Assembly (NCBI GenBank): GCA_963729715.1
Contig: CAVSPA010000006.1
Coordinates: 224,001-288,000, forward strand
DNA: 64,000 nucleotides
Direction of reading: 5' to 3'
From: an uncultured delta proteobacterium
GTDB taxonomy: Bacteria > Desulfobacterota > Syntrophia > Syntrophales > UBA2185
Shown one piece after another: positions 19,465 to 28,504 of this stretch. The position numbers were made by a program, and so were the translations under genes. The stretch's first letter is position 1; every line of letters begins with the position of its first letter. The notes under the pieces are model-generated. The model did no database searches and had not been told where the DNA came from. It worked only from the letters and a program-made list of their open reading frames with translations.

Positions 19465-20217
19465 ATGAAAAGGATATTTCGTTTTTTTGTCATGATAGCC
19501 ATGTTGATAGCTGCCTCGTCCTTTGTCATTGATGCAACAGCAGAGGATAAGGGTTTCACCAGTACCACGCTGGGAGCGGAATTTGTATTGATTCCGGGAG
19601 GGACCTTCATGATGGGGGCTGCTGTAAAACACCAGGTCGTCATCAGCAAACCTTACTATATGCAGGCGACGGAGGTGACTCAGGGACAATGGCGGAAAGT
19701 CATGGGGAGCAATCCCTCATTGTTCAACACCTGCGGTGACGACTGCCCGGTGGAGAATATTTCCTGGGTTGATGTTCAGGAATTTATCAGACGCCTCAAC
19801 CAGAAAGAAGGGGTAAAAAAATATCGCCTGCCCACGGAGGCCGAGTGGGAGTTTGCCTGCCAGACGGGCTCCGCAGTTAAAGACGCGCTTGACGCGAAAG
19901 AAGATAAATTCGGAGACTATGCCTGGTATGATGCTAATTCGGAGAGAAAGACGCATCCTGTAGCTACGAAAAAACCCAATGCTTGGGGTCTTTATGATAT
20001 GCACGGCAATGTTCTGGAGTGGTGCCAGGACTGGTATGACGATTATCCGAAGGGTAAGGTGATAGACCCGAAGGGCGCGTCATCCGCGCAGCACAAGGTC
20101 TTGCGGGGCGGTGCATGGCTCGGCAGCCCCACGACCCTGCAGTGTACCTTTCGCAGTGAGGACTATGCGGTCGTGCAGTCCAATGACATAGGGTTTCGCC
20201 TTGTCAGGGATTTTTGA
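19465..20217 (+). CDS. Secreted formylglycine-generating-enzyme (FGE-sulfatase) fold protein
   Basis: Signal peptide, RLPTEAEWEFAC, PNAWGLYDMHGNVLEWC, RGGAW, GFRL. Confidence 0.9.
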   Translation: MKRIFRFFVMIAMLIAASSFVIDATAEDKGFTSTTLGAEFVLIPGGTFMMGAAVKHQVVISKPYYMQATEVTQGQWRKVMGSNPSLFNTCGDDCPVENISWVDVQEFIRRLNQKEGVKKYRLPTEAEWEFACQTGSAVKDALDAKEDKFGDYAWYDANSERKTHPVATKKPNAWGLYDMHGNVLEWCQDWYDDYPKGKVIDPKGASSAQHKVLRGGAWLGSPTTLQCTFRSEDYAVVQSNDIGFRLVRDF

Positions 20218-20269
20218 TCCCTCATTCCCTCTCTCTCAGTGCGGTCCCTTGAGATCGTATCGGTTTCCT

Positions 20270-20578
20270 TCAGGGTTTCAACTCGTTTTTCTTGAACATC
20301 GTCTTATCGGCGCCGCAAATCGGGCATCTCCAGCTGTCGGGTAGCTTCTCAAAGGGTGTTCCGGCTGGAATGCCCTCTGACGGGTCTCCCTTTTCTGGGT
20401 CATAAATATAACCGCAGATCTCGCAGATATACTTGGACATGCCGGGAGCGTCCCTTTCTGACTGCGCTCTTGCTTTTTCGGGAATACCCGAAAGTATGAA
20501 AGACAGGAGTCCGAAAAAGATCAAGGCTGTTGATTTTATGAATTGACGGCGATTCAGGGGCAGCAATTTATTTCTCAT
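20270..20578 (-). CDS. Rubredoxin with twin-arginine signal peptide
   Basis: NRRQFIK, hydrophobic stretch and ARA site; [10 protein letters not shown]...WRCPICG. Confidence 0.88.
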   Translation of the reverse strand: MRNKLLPLNRRQFIKSTALIFFGLLSFILSGIPEKARAQSERDAPGMSKYICEICGYIYDPEKGDPSEGIPAGTPFEKLPDSWRCPICGADKTMFKKNELKP

Positions 20579-20679
20579 AGCGTCTCCTTCATTGATCTCA
20601 CACGGATAAAAGAATGCTTGTCGTCACGCCAGTGCGCGCTCCACGTAGAAATTTTAGCGCTTCCATGTTGTACAGAATA

Positions 20680-21867
20680 TCACTGTCGTCGTAAACGATG
20701 AATGTTGGCAAGCGCAAGAGCGACGAATAGAAACATGATGAGCGCCATGGCACTGTAAGAAGAGACGCCCTGGGCTTGCAGGAAGCCGACGGCAAGGCTG
20801 CTCAGAGCTGATCCGCCGAGCTGGAAAAATCCGATCAGTGCTGCTGCCGCTCCCGCTTGGGCTACATAACAACCGAGAGCCTCTTTCGTGGCTATCGGAA
20901 AAATTATGCCAAAACCAACTGTGAACAGAAAGGTCATTCCCAAGACCGTTGCCGCCGTGACCATCTCCCTCGGCATGCAAAACATCCCGAGAGTCCCTAC
21001 CAGCAGAATGACTTCCCCCGCATAGAATATTCGCTGTGACGGTCTATTGCGAACGATATATCCCGCACCAAGGTTGCCCATGATAAAGCCCATCGCAGCT
21101 ATCAACGTGATCAGGCCGTAGGATGAAGGGCTCAGGCCGAAACCACTGATGAAGATGAAGGGCGATGCCGTATAGTAAGCCCCGAGACCACCGAAGCATG
21201 CACCGAGAAGGAGAACATAGCCCATGTAAATCCGGTTTCCGAGGAAATCCCGATAGGTCTTGAAAACGGAGATGACCGGTATGCGGCGGCAGGAAGGAGA
21301 GGGAAGGGTTTCCTTAAGCAGGGAGAAATTAAGCAGCCAGACGACTGCATTAAAGATCAGCAGGGACCAAAATGTCCACTGCCATCTTAAATGTTCAGTT
21401 ATAATGCCGCCGAGGAAAGGAGTGACCGCCGGGGTTATCGATATGGCAGCCCCCAGCCACCCCATGAGCATCACAATGCGATCCTCGGAAGACGAGTCCT
21501 GGATCATGGCCTTGCCTACCACTGGGGCCACTCCCGCGCCTAAGGCCTGGAGGGCTCTTCCCGCCAAGAGCATGGTGATGTCGGTAGCCGTGGCGCAGAG
21601 CAGCGTGCCCAGGCCATACACTTCCAATCCGCGGAGAATCATGAAACGCCTTCCCAGGGCATCTGAGAACGGGCCTGAGAAGAGGTTGAAAAAGGCAAAT
21701 CCGGCGAAATAAACGGTGAGGGTCAAGGACATCCAGGAAGAAGAGATTCTGAGGTCGGCGCCGATCCCCGGTATTGCTGGCAGGTAGAGACTTACACCTA
21801 ATTGCCCTACTGCTATGGAGGCGGCTATGAGAAAGACGAAGGCGCCGGTGCTTCTGGAAGGAGACAT
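20680..21867 (-). CDS. Bcr/CflA-family MFS efflux transporter
   Basis: LYLPAIP, GPFSDALGRR, GRALQALG, about 12 hydrophobic segments. Confidence 0.92.
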   Translation of the reverse strand: MSPSRSTGAFVFLIAASIAVGQLGVSLYLPAIPGIGADLRISSSWMSLTLTVYFAGFAFFNLFSGPFSDALGRRFMILRGLEVYGLGTLLCATATDITMLLAGRALQALGAGVAPVVGKAMIQDSSSEDRIVMLMGWLGAAISITPAVTPFLGGIITEHLRWQWTFWSLLIFNAVVWLLNFSLLKETLPSPSCRRIPVISVFKTYRDFLGNRIYMGYVLLLGACFGGLGAYYTASPFIFISGFGLSPSSYGLITLIAAMGFIMGNLGAGYIVRNRPSQRIFYAGEVILLVGTLGMFCMPREMVTAATVLGMTFLFTVGFGIIFPIATKEALGCYVAQAGAAAALIGFFQLGGSALSSLAVGFLQAQGVSSYSAMALIMFLFVALALANIHRLRRQ

Positions 21868-21992
21868 ATTCTACGGCGACCTCGTGACGGATAACAAACA
21901 TTGTCTGATCTCATATGGCACCGGCCCTGCTGAAATCCTCGGCGCATATACGCCATGTCTCACGTAGGTTGATGGCTTTGCTCTCATTGGGG

Positions 21993-22910
21993 TCACTGTT
22001 CCGCCTGATGCCATCTTATCCTGCCGGTAAGCCAGTTCGGTATCCCGATCTGCTCCTTCGCCGCATCGTAATAGTAGGCACTCCCCTTGAAGGGGTCGAA
22101 CACCTGTATGATGGGGAACTCTATTACCTTCGTATTCTCGAGTGTCATGCCGTTCATCACCGCCGTATTCTTCACGATCTCCCAGCAGGCCGCCGCATTC
22201 ACCATGGAAACGAATATCTTGCAGTTCCTGGGCGGTATCTCCCGGTTCTGCACCCTCTTTAGAGTCTCCGGATAGAGCTTTTCAGTCCTCCCCGGAAACA
22301 TGTAAATCTTCATGTAGTTGGGCAGGAGGGCCTGGTAATCGACATCCCGGACGTTAAGATGCGCTACGCCGAACTTTCCCACGCCCTCGATTGAGATATC
22401 ACCTTGGTGAGTTACGGTGCTGACAACCCAGCAATTGGAGGTGCCGGGGCCGATGACCATACGCTTCCGGAGCCGGTGGCACACCCGCGCGATCACAAGG
22501 TTCGCCTCGGGATCTGAGGTCCCGAGGGCCACAATGTCTGTGCCGGCTACAATTTCTTCCACCCACTTCTCGTCATTCCGCGTTACTTTCCGGCTATAGG
22601 CCATGACACTGCATTCCGGGTTGACTTTCTCCAGATATTCTTTCCATGCCTCCGGCTTGACCCTGCCTATATATTCCTGCGTGAAGGGAAGGCGGTTCAG
22701 ATTCGTGGCATCAACCACATCGAAATCTACAATGGCAAAGTGCTGGTAGCCTACACGCAGGAGGAAGTCGATGACCGCACCGTTTCCCCCCGCTCCCATC
22801 ACAAGGACGCGCGTCCTTCCTATTGCGGAGATCAGCTCTTCCGTGAAATTAACGATTCCCTGTTCTCGATTGACGATATCCTTCCAAGTCATAACTACCT
22901 TCTCACACAA
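21993..22910 (-). CDS. ThiF/E1-like adenylyltransferase
   Basis: VMGAGGNG, VDFDVVDATNLNR, GRVK. Confidence 0.88.
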   Translation of the reverse strand: MCEKVVMTWKDIVNREQGIVNFTEELISAIGRTRVLVMGAGGNGAVIDFLLRVGYQHFAIVDFDVVDATNLNRLPFTQEYIGRVKPEAWKEYLEKVNPECSVMAYSRKVTRNDEKWVEEIVAGTDIVALGTSDPEANLVIARVCHRLRKRMVIGPGTSNCWVVSTVTHQGDISIEGVGKFGVAHLNVRDVDYQALLPNYMKIYMFPGRTEKLYPETLKRVQNREIPPRNCKIFVSMVNAAACWEIVKNTAVMNGMTLENTKVIEFPIIQVFDPFKGSAYYYDAAKEQIGIPNWLTGRIRWHQAEQ

Positions 22911-22941
22911 AATTCATGTTGTCTTTTCTTTCGGCGCATGT

Positions 22942-23802
22942 CTAATACGCGCGCCGTTTCGGGTCTCTCTCGGCCTCCCGGCAGTATTCCATAAGGATGG
23001 CAACAGCACCGGAACCGGCTTCGGAGAGGACATGGGACTTTTCCACCCCGAAATAATTCAATTCGCCGGCAGTTATAGGCCGCCTGTTCCTGAGAATCCA
23101 GTCAACCATGGCCTGCTCCTCCTCATTTCGGAAGAACCAGCGGTGGAGATTCCTCTTGCCCTTCAACCTGCCGTATCTACCCGCATACCGGCTTTCCATC
23201 GTTTCCAGGTTCGTCCGTGTAAAGCTCACCTGCTCACCGGTCTTCGGGCTCTGTCGAGAATCCGTGGAGACTTCTTCAAACAAGAGAAAGTTGGAGTAGA
23301 AGGCGGCATGATGGGCCATGACCGATGCGACGAGGTCGGTGTTATGGAGCACGCGGGTGGCAGCAAGATAGACGAGCCTGTACAGGTGCATCGTAAGATC
23401 GACGGCGCTGTGTGCGATCCCCTCATCAACGCCGAGCGAAAATACCTCACTGAGACTCCGCCCCGCCTTTCTTAAGACCGCAAGCCGCTCAGGGAAGATG
23501 ATATCCGCAGGCAGCCCCAGCCGGGAATCGGGAACAATGCTCACGGTTCCCGCCGCCTGCCCGGCTTTCAGAGCGAGAAAGGTCATTGCCTGGGGATGCA
23601 GGTGGTGGAGCGTGCACCACAACTCGCTTTCCAGGTTCGCCCCTAAAACATATCCCTTGCCGAGGTAGATGTCATGGACGAGCTTAAATGCCGTCTCACG
23701 CAACTTTTGCGTGCTTGCGACAACGATGGTCCAGTCATTCTTCGGTCCGAACCGGTATTCGTTCCCTTCAAGTAATCTGCCGGCCAAGGCTTTCCCCTTC
23801 AA
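22942..23802 (-). CDS. FeeM-like N-acyl amino acid synthase / GNAT-fold acyltransferase
   Basis: AFKLVHDIYLGKGY, GTVSIVPDSRLGLPAD, SEVFSL, HHAAFY resemble the FeeM catalytic core. Confidence 0.7.
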   Translation of the reverse strand: MKGKALAGRLLEGNEYRFGPKNDWTIVVASTQKLRETAFKLVHDIYLGKGYVLGANLESELWCTLHHLHPQAMTFLALKAGQAAGTVSIVPDSRLGLPADIIFPERLAVLRKAGRSLSEVFSLGVDEGIAHSAVDLTMHLYRLVYLAATRVLHNTDLVASVMAHHAAFYSNFLLFEEVSTDSRQSPKTGEQVSFTRTNLETMESRYAGRYGRLKGKRNLHRWFFRNEEEQAMVDWILRNRRPITAGELNYFGVEKSHVLSEAGSGAVAILMEYCREAERDPKRRAY

Positions 23803-23890
23803 GACAAGGCTTCTCTTATAATAATAGCCTATAAGAAAGAGGTTTGCATGTCAATATTGGTGTCACGAAAAACACTGTGCAGGATTTTTA

Positions 23891-23918
23891 TTGACAGACA
23901 GGAACCTGTTGGTATACT
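23891..23918 (+). promoter_or_regulatory. Sigma70-type promoter with extended -10
   Basis: TTGACA, 16 nt spacer, TGGTATACT; AAGGAGG SD downstream. Confidence 0.65.
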
Positions 23919-23963
23919 CGGTCCAACCAGTAAAACGGAATTCTCAATTAAGAAGGAGGAAAT

Positions 23964-24446
23964 ATGCGTATACTAAAAGTCATAACTGTCATTTCTGTGG
24001 TATTGTTTATTTTTTCCGGTGTGGCCCTGGCCCAGCAGATGCCCAATCTCTACGGGCCGAATATAAGCTTGGCAACTGCTAAGAAGGTGGCTGCCGCAGC
24101 TGCGGGGGAGGCAATGAAGATTAAGATAAATGTCGTAATTACCGTCGTGGATACAGGCGGCAATCTCGTCTATCTCGAACGGTTCGACGTCGTCCAGTAC
24201 GGCAGCCTTGACGTGGCGCTCCACAAGGCCAAGTGTTCTGTTGCTTTCAAGAGACCGACAAAGGCCTTCGAGGATACGATCGGGAGCGGAAAGACGGCAT
24301 ATCTGACCCTGGACGGCATAAGTGCAATTGAAGGCGGTGTGCCGATTATCCAGGATGGCAAGATCATAGGCGCCATAGGCGTGTCGGGCGGTTCATCTGC
24401 ACAGGATGGCCATGTCGCAACGGCCGGAGCCAAAGTGATAAAATAA
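23964..24446 (+). CDS. Exported GlcG/HbpS-family heme-binding protein
   Basis: Signal peptide; VVDTGGNL, ALHKA, GGVPI, GAIGVSGGSSAQD. Confidence 0.9.
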   Translation: MRILKVITVISVVLFIFSGVALAQQMPNLYGPNISLATAKKVAAAAAGEAMKIKINVVITVVDTGGNLVYLERFDVVQYGSLDVALHKAKCSVAFKRPTKAFEDTIGSGKTAYLTLDGISAIEGGVPIIQDGKIIGAIGVSGGSSAQDGHVATAGAKVIK

Positions 24447-24472
24447 CTCGCAACGTTTTGTCTGACAGGTAG

Positions 24473-24508
24473 AAGGGGAGGTCCATACGAAGGTCCTCCC
24501 CTTTTTTT
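24473..24508 (+). terminator. Rho-independent terminator
   Basis: AAGGGGAGG...CCTCCCCTT followed by a T run, between convergent genes. Confidence 0.8.
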
Positions 24509-24559
24509 ATTTCTTGTAATCGCAACCGGGATCCGGCGACATATCTTTCTTGACGTAAA

Positions 24560-24889
24560 TCAAGAATGTTTCAATGGCAGTTTGTCGTTGGCTTTGTTAA
24601 GAAGGCGTGCAATATCGCGTTCAAGTTGATCGAAACAATTCATGAGTTCCTTGGCTTCAGAAGTCAGATGCATGCCGTGTTTAACGCTGTCCATCTCCAC
24701 AAGCTTCATCCCCAGCCTTTCTTCGGATGCCTTTATCCTCCCCCATGCAGCCCTGTAAGACATTTTCAATTTCTTAGCCGCCGCGTTCAGACTGCGGCAT
24801 TCTTCAACGGCTTTTAGCAGTCCTTCCCGACCGGGCCCAAATATTACACGGCCATCACGCTCGAGCCATAATTTGTGTTTGATTTCCAA
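24560..24889 (-). CDS. ModE-type winged-helix regulator (N-terminal domain only)
   Basis: KLWLE, FGPGREGLL, SLNAAAKKLKMSYRAAWGRI; no molybdate-binding TOBE domains. Confidence 0.88.
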   Translation of the reverse strand: MEIKHKLWLERDGRVIFGPGREGLLKAVEECRSLNAAAKKLKMSYRAAWGRIKASEERLGMKLVEMDSVKHGMHLTSEAKELMNCFDQLERDIARLLNKANDKLPLKHS

Positions 24890-24980
24890 CGCCGTATCTC
24901 CATTATGTGAAAAGAAACAGAATAGATATACTAAAAAATTACCACGATAGAATCGTCCATAGCAAGTTATTTAAGTTTTG

Positions 24981-25000
24981 ATATGTCATTAATGACATAT
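24981..25000. promoter_or_regulatory. Perfect 20-bp palindrome, candidate operator
   Basis: ATATGTCATT|AATGACATAT, 36 nt upstream of a TTGACA box at 25037. Confidence 0.65.
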
Positions 25001-25186
25001 ACATTTGAAATCATTACCCTATTACAAAAAAAATGATTGACAACAGTACATGAATGGATTAAAAAAAAGTACCAGAAAAGTAGTTTATATGAACGTATTA
25101 AAAACAGCAATGTCCTCATTTCCGCAGATAAGCATATCTCGCGGTTTTATTCTGTATCAAACCAACCAAAATGCGGAGGATAGTTT

Positions 25187-25687
25187 ATGAAGAAAACGGT
25201 TTTTTTGATTTCACTTATTATTGCCTTGAGCCTTATTCTTTCCGGTATGCTCCTTGCCCAGGCCAGAAAGGGCGGCGCCGTCGCTGCGGCAGGCGCTTCG
25301 GTATGGGATTATTTGAAGAAGGAAGGATTTGCAAAGAACTGGAAGATGTGGCCGGGAACGACAGCCATGTATGAGGGACCGGAACCCCACGGTGCATTTC
25401 TGACAACCCATGTCAATGACGTCGCCTTGAAGTCCATCAGCGCCAAGAAGGGCAAGTTTGCTGATGGGTCGATGATTGCTCAGGAAAATTATTCGAAAGA
25501 CAAGAAACTGAAATTCATTGCCGTCATGTACAAGGTCAAGGGATACAACCCCCAAAGTGGAGACTGGTTCTGGGCGCAGTACAAGCCTGATGGAAGGATT
25601 GAAGCGGAAGGAAAGATTGATGAGTGCATAAAATGCCATGTCGCCCAGAAGGGAAATGATTACGTTTACACAGGCAAACTAAAATGA
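25187..25687 (+). CDS. Cytochrome P460/c'-beta family monoheme cytochrome
   Basis: Sec signal; VMYKVKGYNP..GDWFW; C-terminal CIKCH; NDYVY. Confidence 0.85.
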   Translation: MKKTVFLISLIIALSLILSGMLLAQARKGGAVAAAGASVWDYLKKEGFAKNWKMWPGTTAMYEGPEPHGAFLTTHVNDVALKSISAKKGKFADGSMIAQENYSKDKKLKFIAVMYKVKGYNPQSGDWFWAQYKPDGRIEAEGKIDECIKCHVAQKGNDYVYTGKLK

Positions 25688-25778
25688 ACCGACGGCAAAT
25701 GAATAAGAGGCGCCGAGAGTTTGTTTAAGTATAGTGTGAAGACTCTAAATTATGAATGACCAGAATGGAGGTTATGTT

Positions 25779-26528
25779 ATGGAAGGGAAGGAAAAAAAAT
25801 TAACTGATCTGTTCCCGAAGGAAACTACGCGACGTGGTTTTTTGAGAGGGACGGCGGTGGCAGCGGGTAGCGCCGTCGCCATGGCTACGGTCGGAGGCTT
25901 GGCTGCGAAGGCCGCCCATGCTCAGGCCGCGGCGCCTGCGCCGAAGAAAGACGTGATGAAGTATTTATTTGCGGAGAGGGAAAATTGTACGGGCTGCAGG
26001 GGGTGTGAATATGCGTGCTCCGTTTATCATACAGGTATAGTGAGGCCCTCCGTGGCAAGGATCCACGTAATGAAGTACAAGGATTCCATAGATGTCCCGG
26101 TCTTGTGTTGGCACTGTAACGACGCGCCGTGCGTTGCGGCCTGTCCCACGACTCCCAAGTCGATAATACCGGACCCAAATCACAACGGCATCATCTTGAA
26201 TGAAAAAACCTGTCTCGGCAGAAAATGCCTGAAATGCCAGGAGGCTTGTCCGGCGCAGTTTGTCTGGGCACATCCTGACACGGGTAAGCCCCTCATGTGC
26301 GACATGTGCGGCGGTGATCCCGCCTGCGTGAAGGCCTGTGCCGCGCAGTCGGGCAATCCGCAGGGGCCCTGCCTTATGGCAAACAAACTTGGTTTTGGCG
26401 TCAATCTGGCTTTCAGGAATGTGACGCCCAACCAGGCGGGCAAGGATTTACTGGATCTCACGTTCTATCCCAGTGTCGATGGGAAGAGACTCACCCCTGC
26501 TAAGACCAAAAAGACGAGGAGGGCATAA
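25779..26528 (+). CDS. Tat-exported 4x[4Fe-4S] electron-transfer subunit (AorA/YdhY-like)
   Basis: TRRGFLR, h-region and AHA site; CTGCRGCEYAC, CWHC..APCVAACP, C..CQEACP, CDMCGGDPACVKAC; GGAGG SD. Confidence 0.9.
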   Translation: MEGKEKKLTDLFPKETTRRGFLRGTAVAAGSAVAMATVGGLAAKAAHAQAAAPAPKKDVMKYLFAERENCTGCRGCEYACSVYHTGIVRPSVARIHVMKYKDSIDVPVLCWHCNDAPCVAACPTTPKSIIPDPNHNGIILNEKTCLGRKCLKCQEACPAQFVWAHPDTGKPLMCDMCGGDPACVKACAAQSGNPQGPCLMANKLGFGVNLAFRNVTPNQAGKDLLDLTFYPSVDGKRLTPAKTKKTRRA

Positions 26529-26530
26529 CC

Positions 26531-28354
26531 ATGACTGCACCAAAAGGCGGATGTTTCGGAAAAGTTCTCGAGATTGATTTAAGCAAACATACATATAAGG
26601 TCCGCGAAGTCCCCGATGAGGTCTATCAGAAGGCCATCGGCGGAAACGGGCTCGGCGCATATTTTATGACCACTGAGTACAAGGCTCATAAAGATCCCCT
26701 GGCAGAGGATGCGTTCATCTATGTCGGCCCGGGACCTCTTAATGGGACGTTCTGTGTTTCCACGCGCACAAGCTTTGCCAATATGAGTCCCTACACAGGC
26801 CTGATCTCCCACGCGGAGGCTGGAGCCCATTTTGGGAACGAAATCAAATGGGCCGGCTGGGACGGCATCTACATTACGGGAAGGTCAAAGAAGCCTGTCT
26901 GGCTCTCCATCGTGGACGACAAGGTGGAATTCAAGGATGCCACAAAGATATGGGGTAAGGATACGGAAGAGACACATGAAACAATCATCAAGGAGATGAA
27001 GGAGCCCTACGCCCGGACGGCGGTCATAGGCCAGGCCGGGGAGAACCAGGTTCCCTTCGCCTGCGTGATTGTGGAGCGCTTCCGCGCCGCCGCGAGAAGC
27101 GGAACGGGCATGGTGATGGGAAACAAGAAGTTGAAAGGCATTGCCGTGAGAGGTAGTAAGGGCGTGCCTGTTGCCGACAACGTGAAATTCATGGAAATGG
27201 CGACCTATGCCAAGCAGGTTGCCATAGATAAGGAAGCCTGGCAAGGCATCAAGAGGTGGGGAACCGCAGGTCTCATGGAGCAGAATAATTTTTTCACCGG
27301 GTCTCTCGTCACGAAGAACTACCAGACGACCTGGTATCCTGACGTTGTAAAAATTGGCGCGGAAGAGGCGAACCGGACGTTCTGGAAGCGGCACGTGGCG
27401 TGCAATCACTGTCCCATCCACTGCCTGAAGCTGGGCGTGATCCGTGACGGAAAATACAGGGGCATGATTGCCGAAGGTCCGGAATACGAATCCGGAGGAC
27501 TTTTGGGAAGCAATCTCGGAATGACTGACTTCAACTCTATGATCGTCCTCATCGAGGCCTGCGATGCGTATGGCATCGATAACATCTCCACGGGCGGTGT
27601 CCTCGGATTTACAACGGAACTTATGGAGAGGGGTATCCTCAAACCTGCCGACCTCGACGGTCTCAAGCCAAAATGGGGCGATGGGGACACCTATCTGGAG
27701 CTCATCCGCAGGATTGCTTACAAGGAAGGTAAGGCGGGCAAGCTTCTCTCCAAAGGCGTGAAGAAGATGTCCGCGGAGATCGGCAAGGGGTCCGAAGCAT
27801 ACGCCATGCACGTGAAGGGCAAGGAACTTGCAGCCCATGACCCGCGGGGCGACAAGGCCAGGGCATATAGCTACACTTTGGGTTCCTGCGGGGGGGATCA
27901 CCATGAGGGCGCTTCCACGCGGGCGCTTGTCATTTTTGCGATGATCAATTCCCTCTGCACTTGCTCTTTTGCAAGCGCCCTCATCTGGGGCGGTGAAAAC
28001 GCGAAGATAACAGTGGGAATGCTGAATCCGCTCTGCGGCTGGAATATGACGGAAGACGACTACTGGACAACGGGGAAACGCATCCTCACGATGGAGCGCG
28101 TCTTCAACGTGAGGGAAGGCATCAGCCGTAAGGATGATATTTTGCCGAAGCGCATGAGGACGGAAAAGCTTCCGGCCGGACCGAAGAAGGGCGCCATTTT
28201 CACTGAAGAAGATACCAAGAAGATGCAGGATGAATTCTACAGCTTCCTTGGCTGGGATGCAAAGGGCATCCCGACGGAAGCGACATTGAAGGCTTACGGT
28301 CTCGAATACTCTATCGATGATGTGGCGCGGGCCCGTAAGGAGTACAATTTGTAG
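26531..28354 (+). CDS. Aldehyde:ferredoxin oxidoreductase family tungstopterin enzyme
   Basis: GKVLEIDLS, AGWDGI, GQAGEN, MGNKKLKGI, CNHCPIHC, GPEYE, CDAYGID, HDPRG, ERVFNVREG, GWDAKGIPT. Confidence 0.95.
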   Translation: MTAPKGGCFGKVLEIDLSKHTYKVREVPDEVYQKAIGGNGLGAYFMTTEYKAHKDPLAEDAFIYVGPGPLNGTFCVSTRTSFANMSPYTGLISHAEAGAHFGNEIKWAGWDGIYITGRSKKPVWLSIVDDKVEFKDATKIWGKDTEETHETIIKEMKEPYARTAVIGQAGENQVPFACVIVERFRAAARSGTGMVMGNKKLKGIAVRGSKGVPVADNVKFMEMATYAKQVAIDKEAWQGIKRWGTAGLMEQNNFFTGSLVTKNYQTTWYPDVVKIGAEEANRTFWKRHVACNHCPIHCLKLGVIRDGKYRGMIAEGPEYESGGLLGSNLGMTDFNSMIVLIEACDAYGIDNISTGGVLGFTTELMERGILKPADLDGLKPKWGDGDTYLELIRRIAYKEGKAGKLLSKGVKKMSAEIGKGSEAYAMHVKGKELAAHDPRGDKARAYSYTLGSCGGDHHEGASTRALVIFAMINSLCTCSFASALIWGGENAKITVGMLNPLCGWNMTEDDYWTTGKRILTMERVFNVREGISRKDDILPKRMRTEKLPAGPKKGAIFTEEDTKKMQDEFYSFLGWDAKGIPTEATLKAYGLEYSIDDVARARKEYNL

Positions 28355-28366
28355 AAGAGCGGTTTG

Positions 28367-28410
28367 AAGCAAACGGGGGCGGGTGGGAGTTTCACCCGCC
28401 CTTGCTTTTT
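28367..28410 (+). terminator. Hairpin/terminator between the AOR and NapG-like genes
   Basis: GGGCGGGTG-ggagttt-CACCCGCCC followed by TTGCTTTTT. Confidence 0.6.
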
Positions 28411-28504
28411 GGGGCTGTCTGCTATATGTTTTAGATGTGTGGTTCATCTTTGGGCTATCGGGATGAATTGCTATTTTTAGGAGTAATATAGGTAATCGTT
28501 TGTC

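Noticed and set aside
19465..20217. Active formylglycine-generating enzyme
   Set aside because: The catalytic Cys pair is not evident and no sulfatase is nearby; only the fold is called
26531..28354. AOR as BamB (class II benzoyl-CoA reductase)
   Set aside because: Its partner has a Tat signal while CoA esters are cytoplasmic, and no BamD or BamGHI-like genes are present; a phylogeny is still needed
26885..28447. Long antisense ORFs (also 16032-16988, 33322-34191, 34234-35088, 45540-46271, 14254-15105)
   Set aside because: Opposite well-supported genes with no motifs; explained by codon bias
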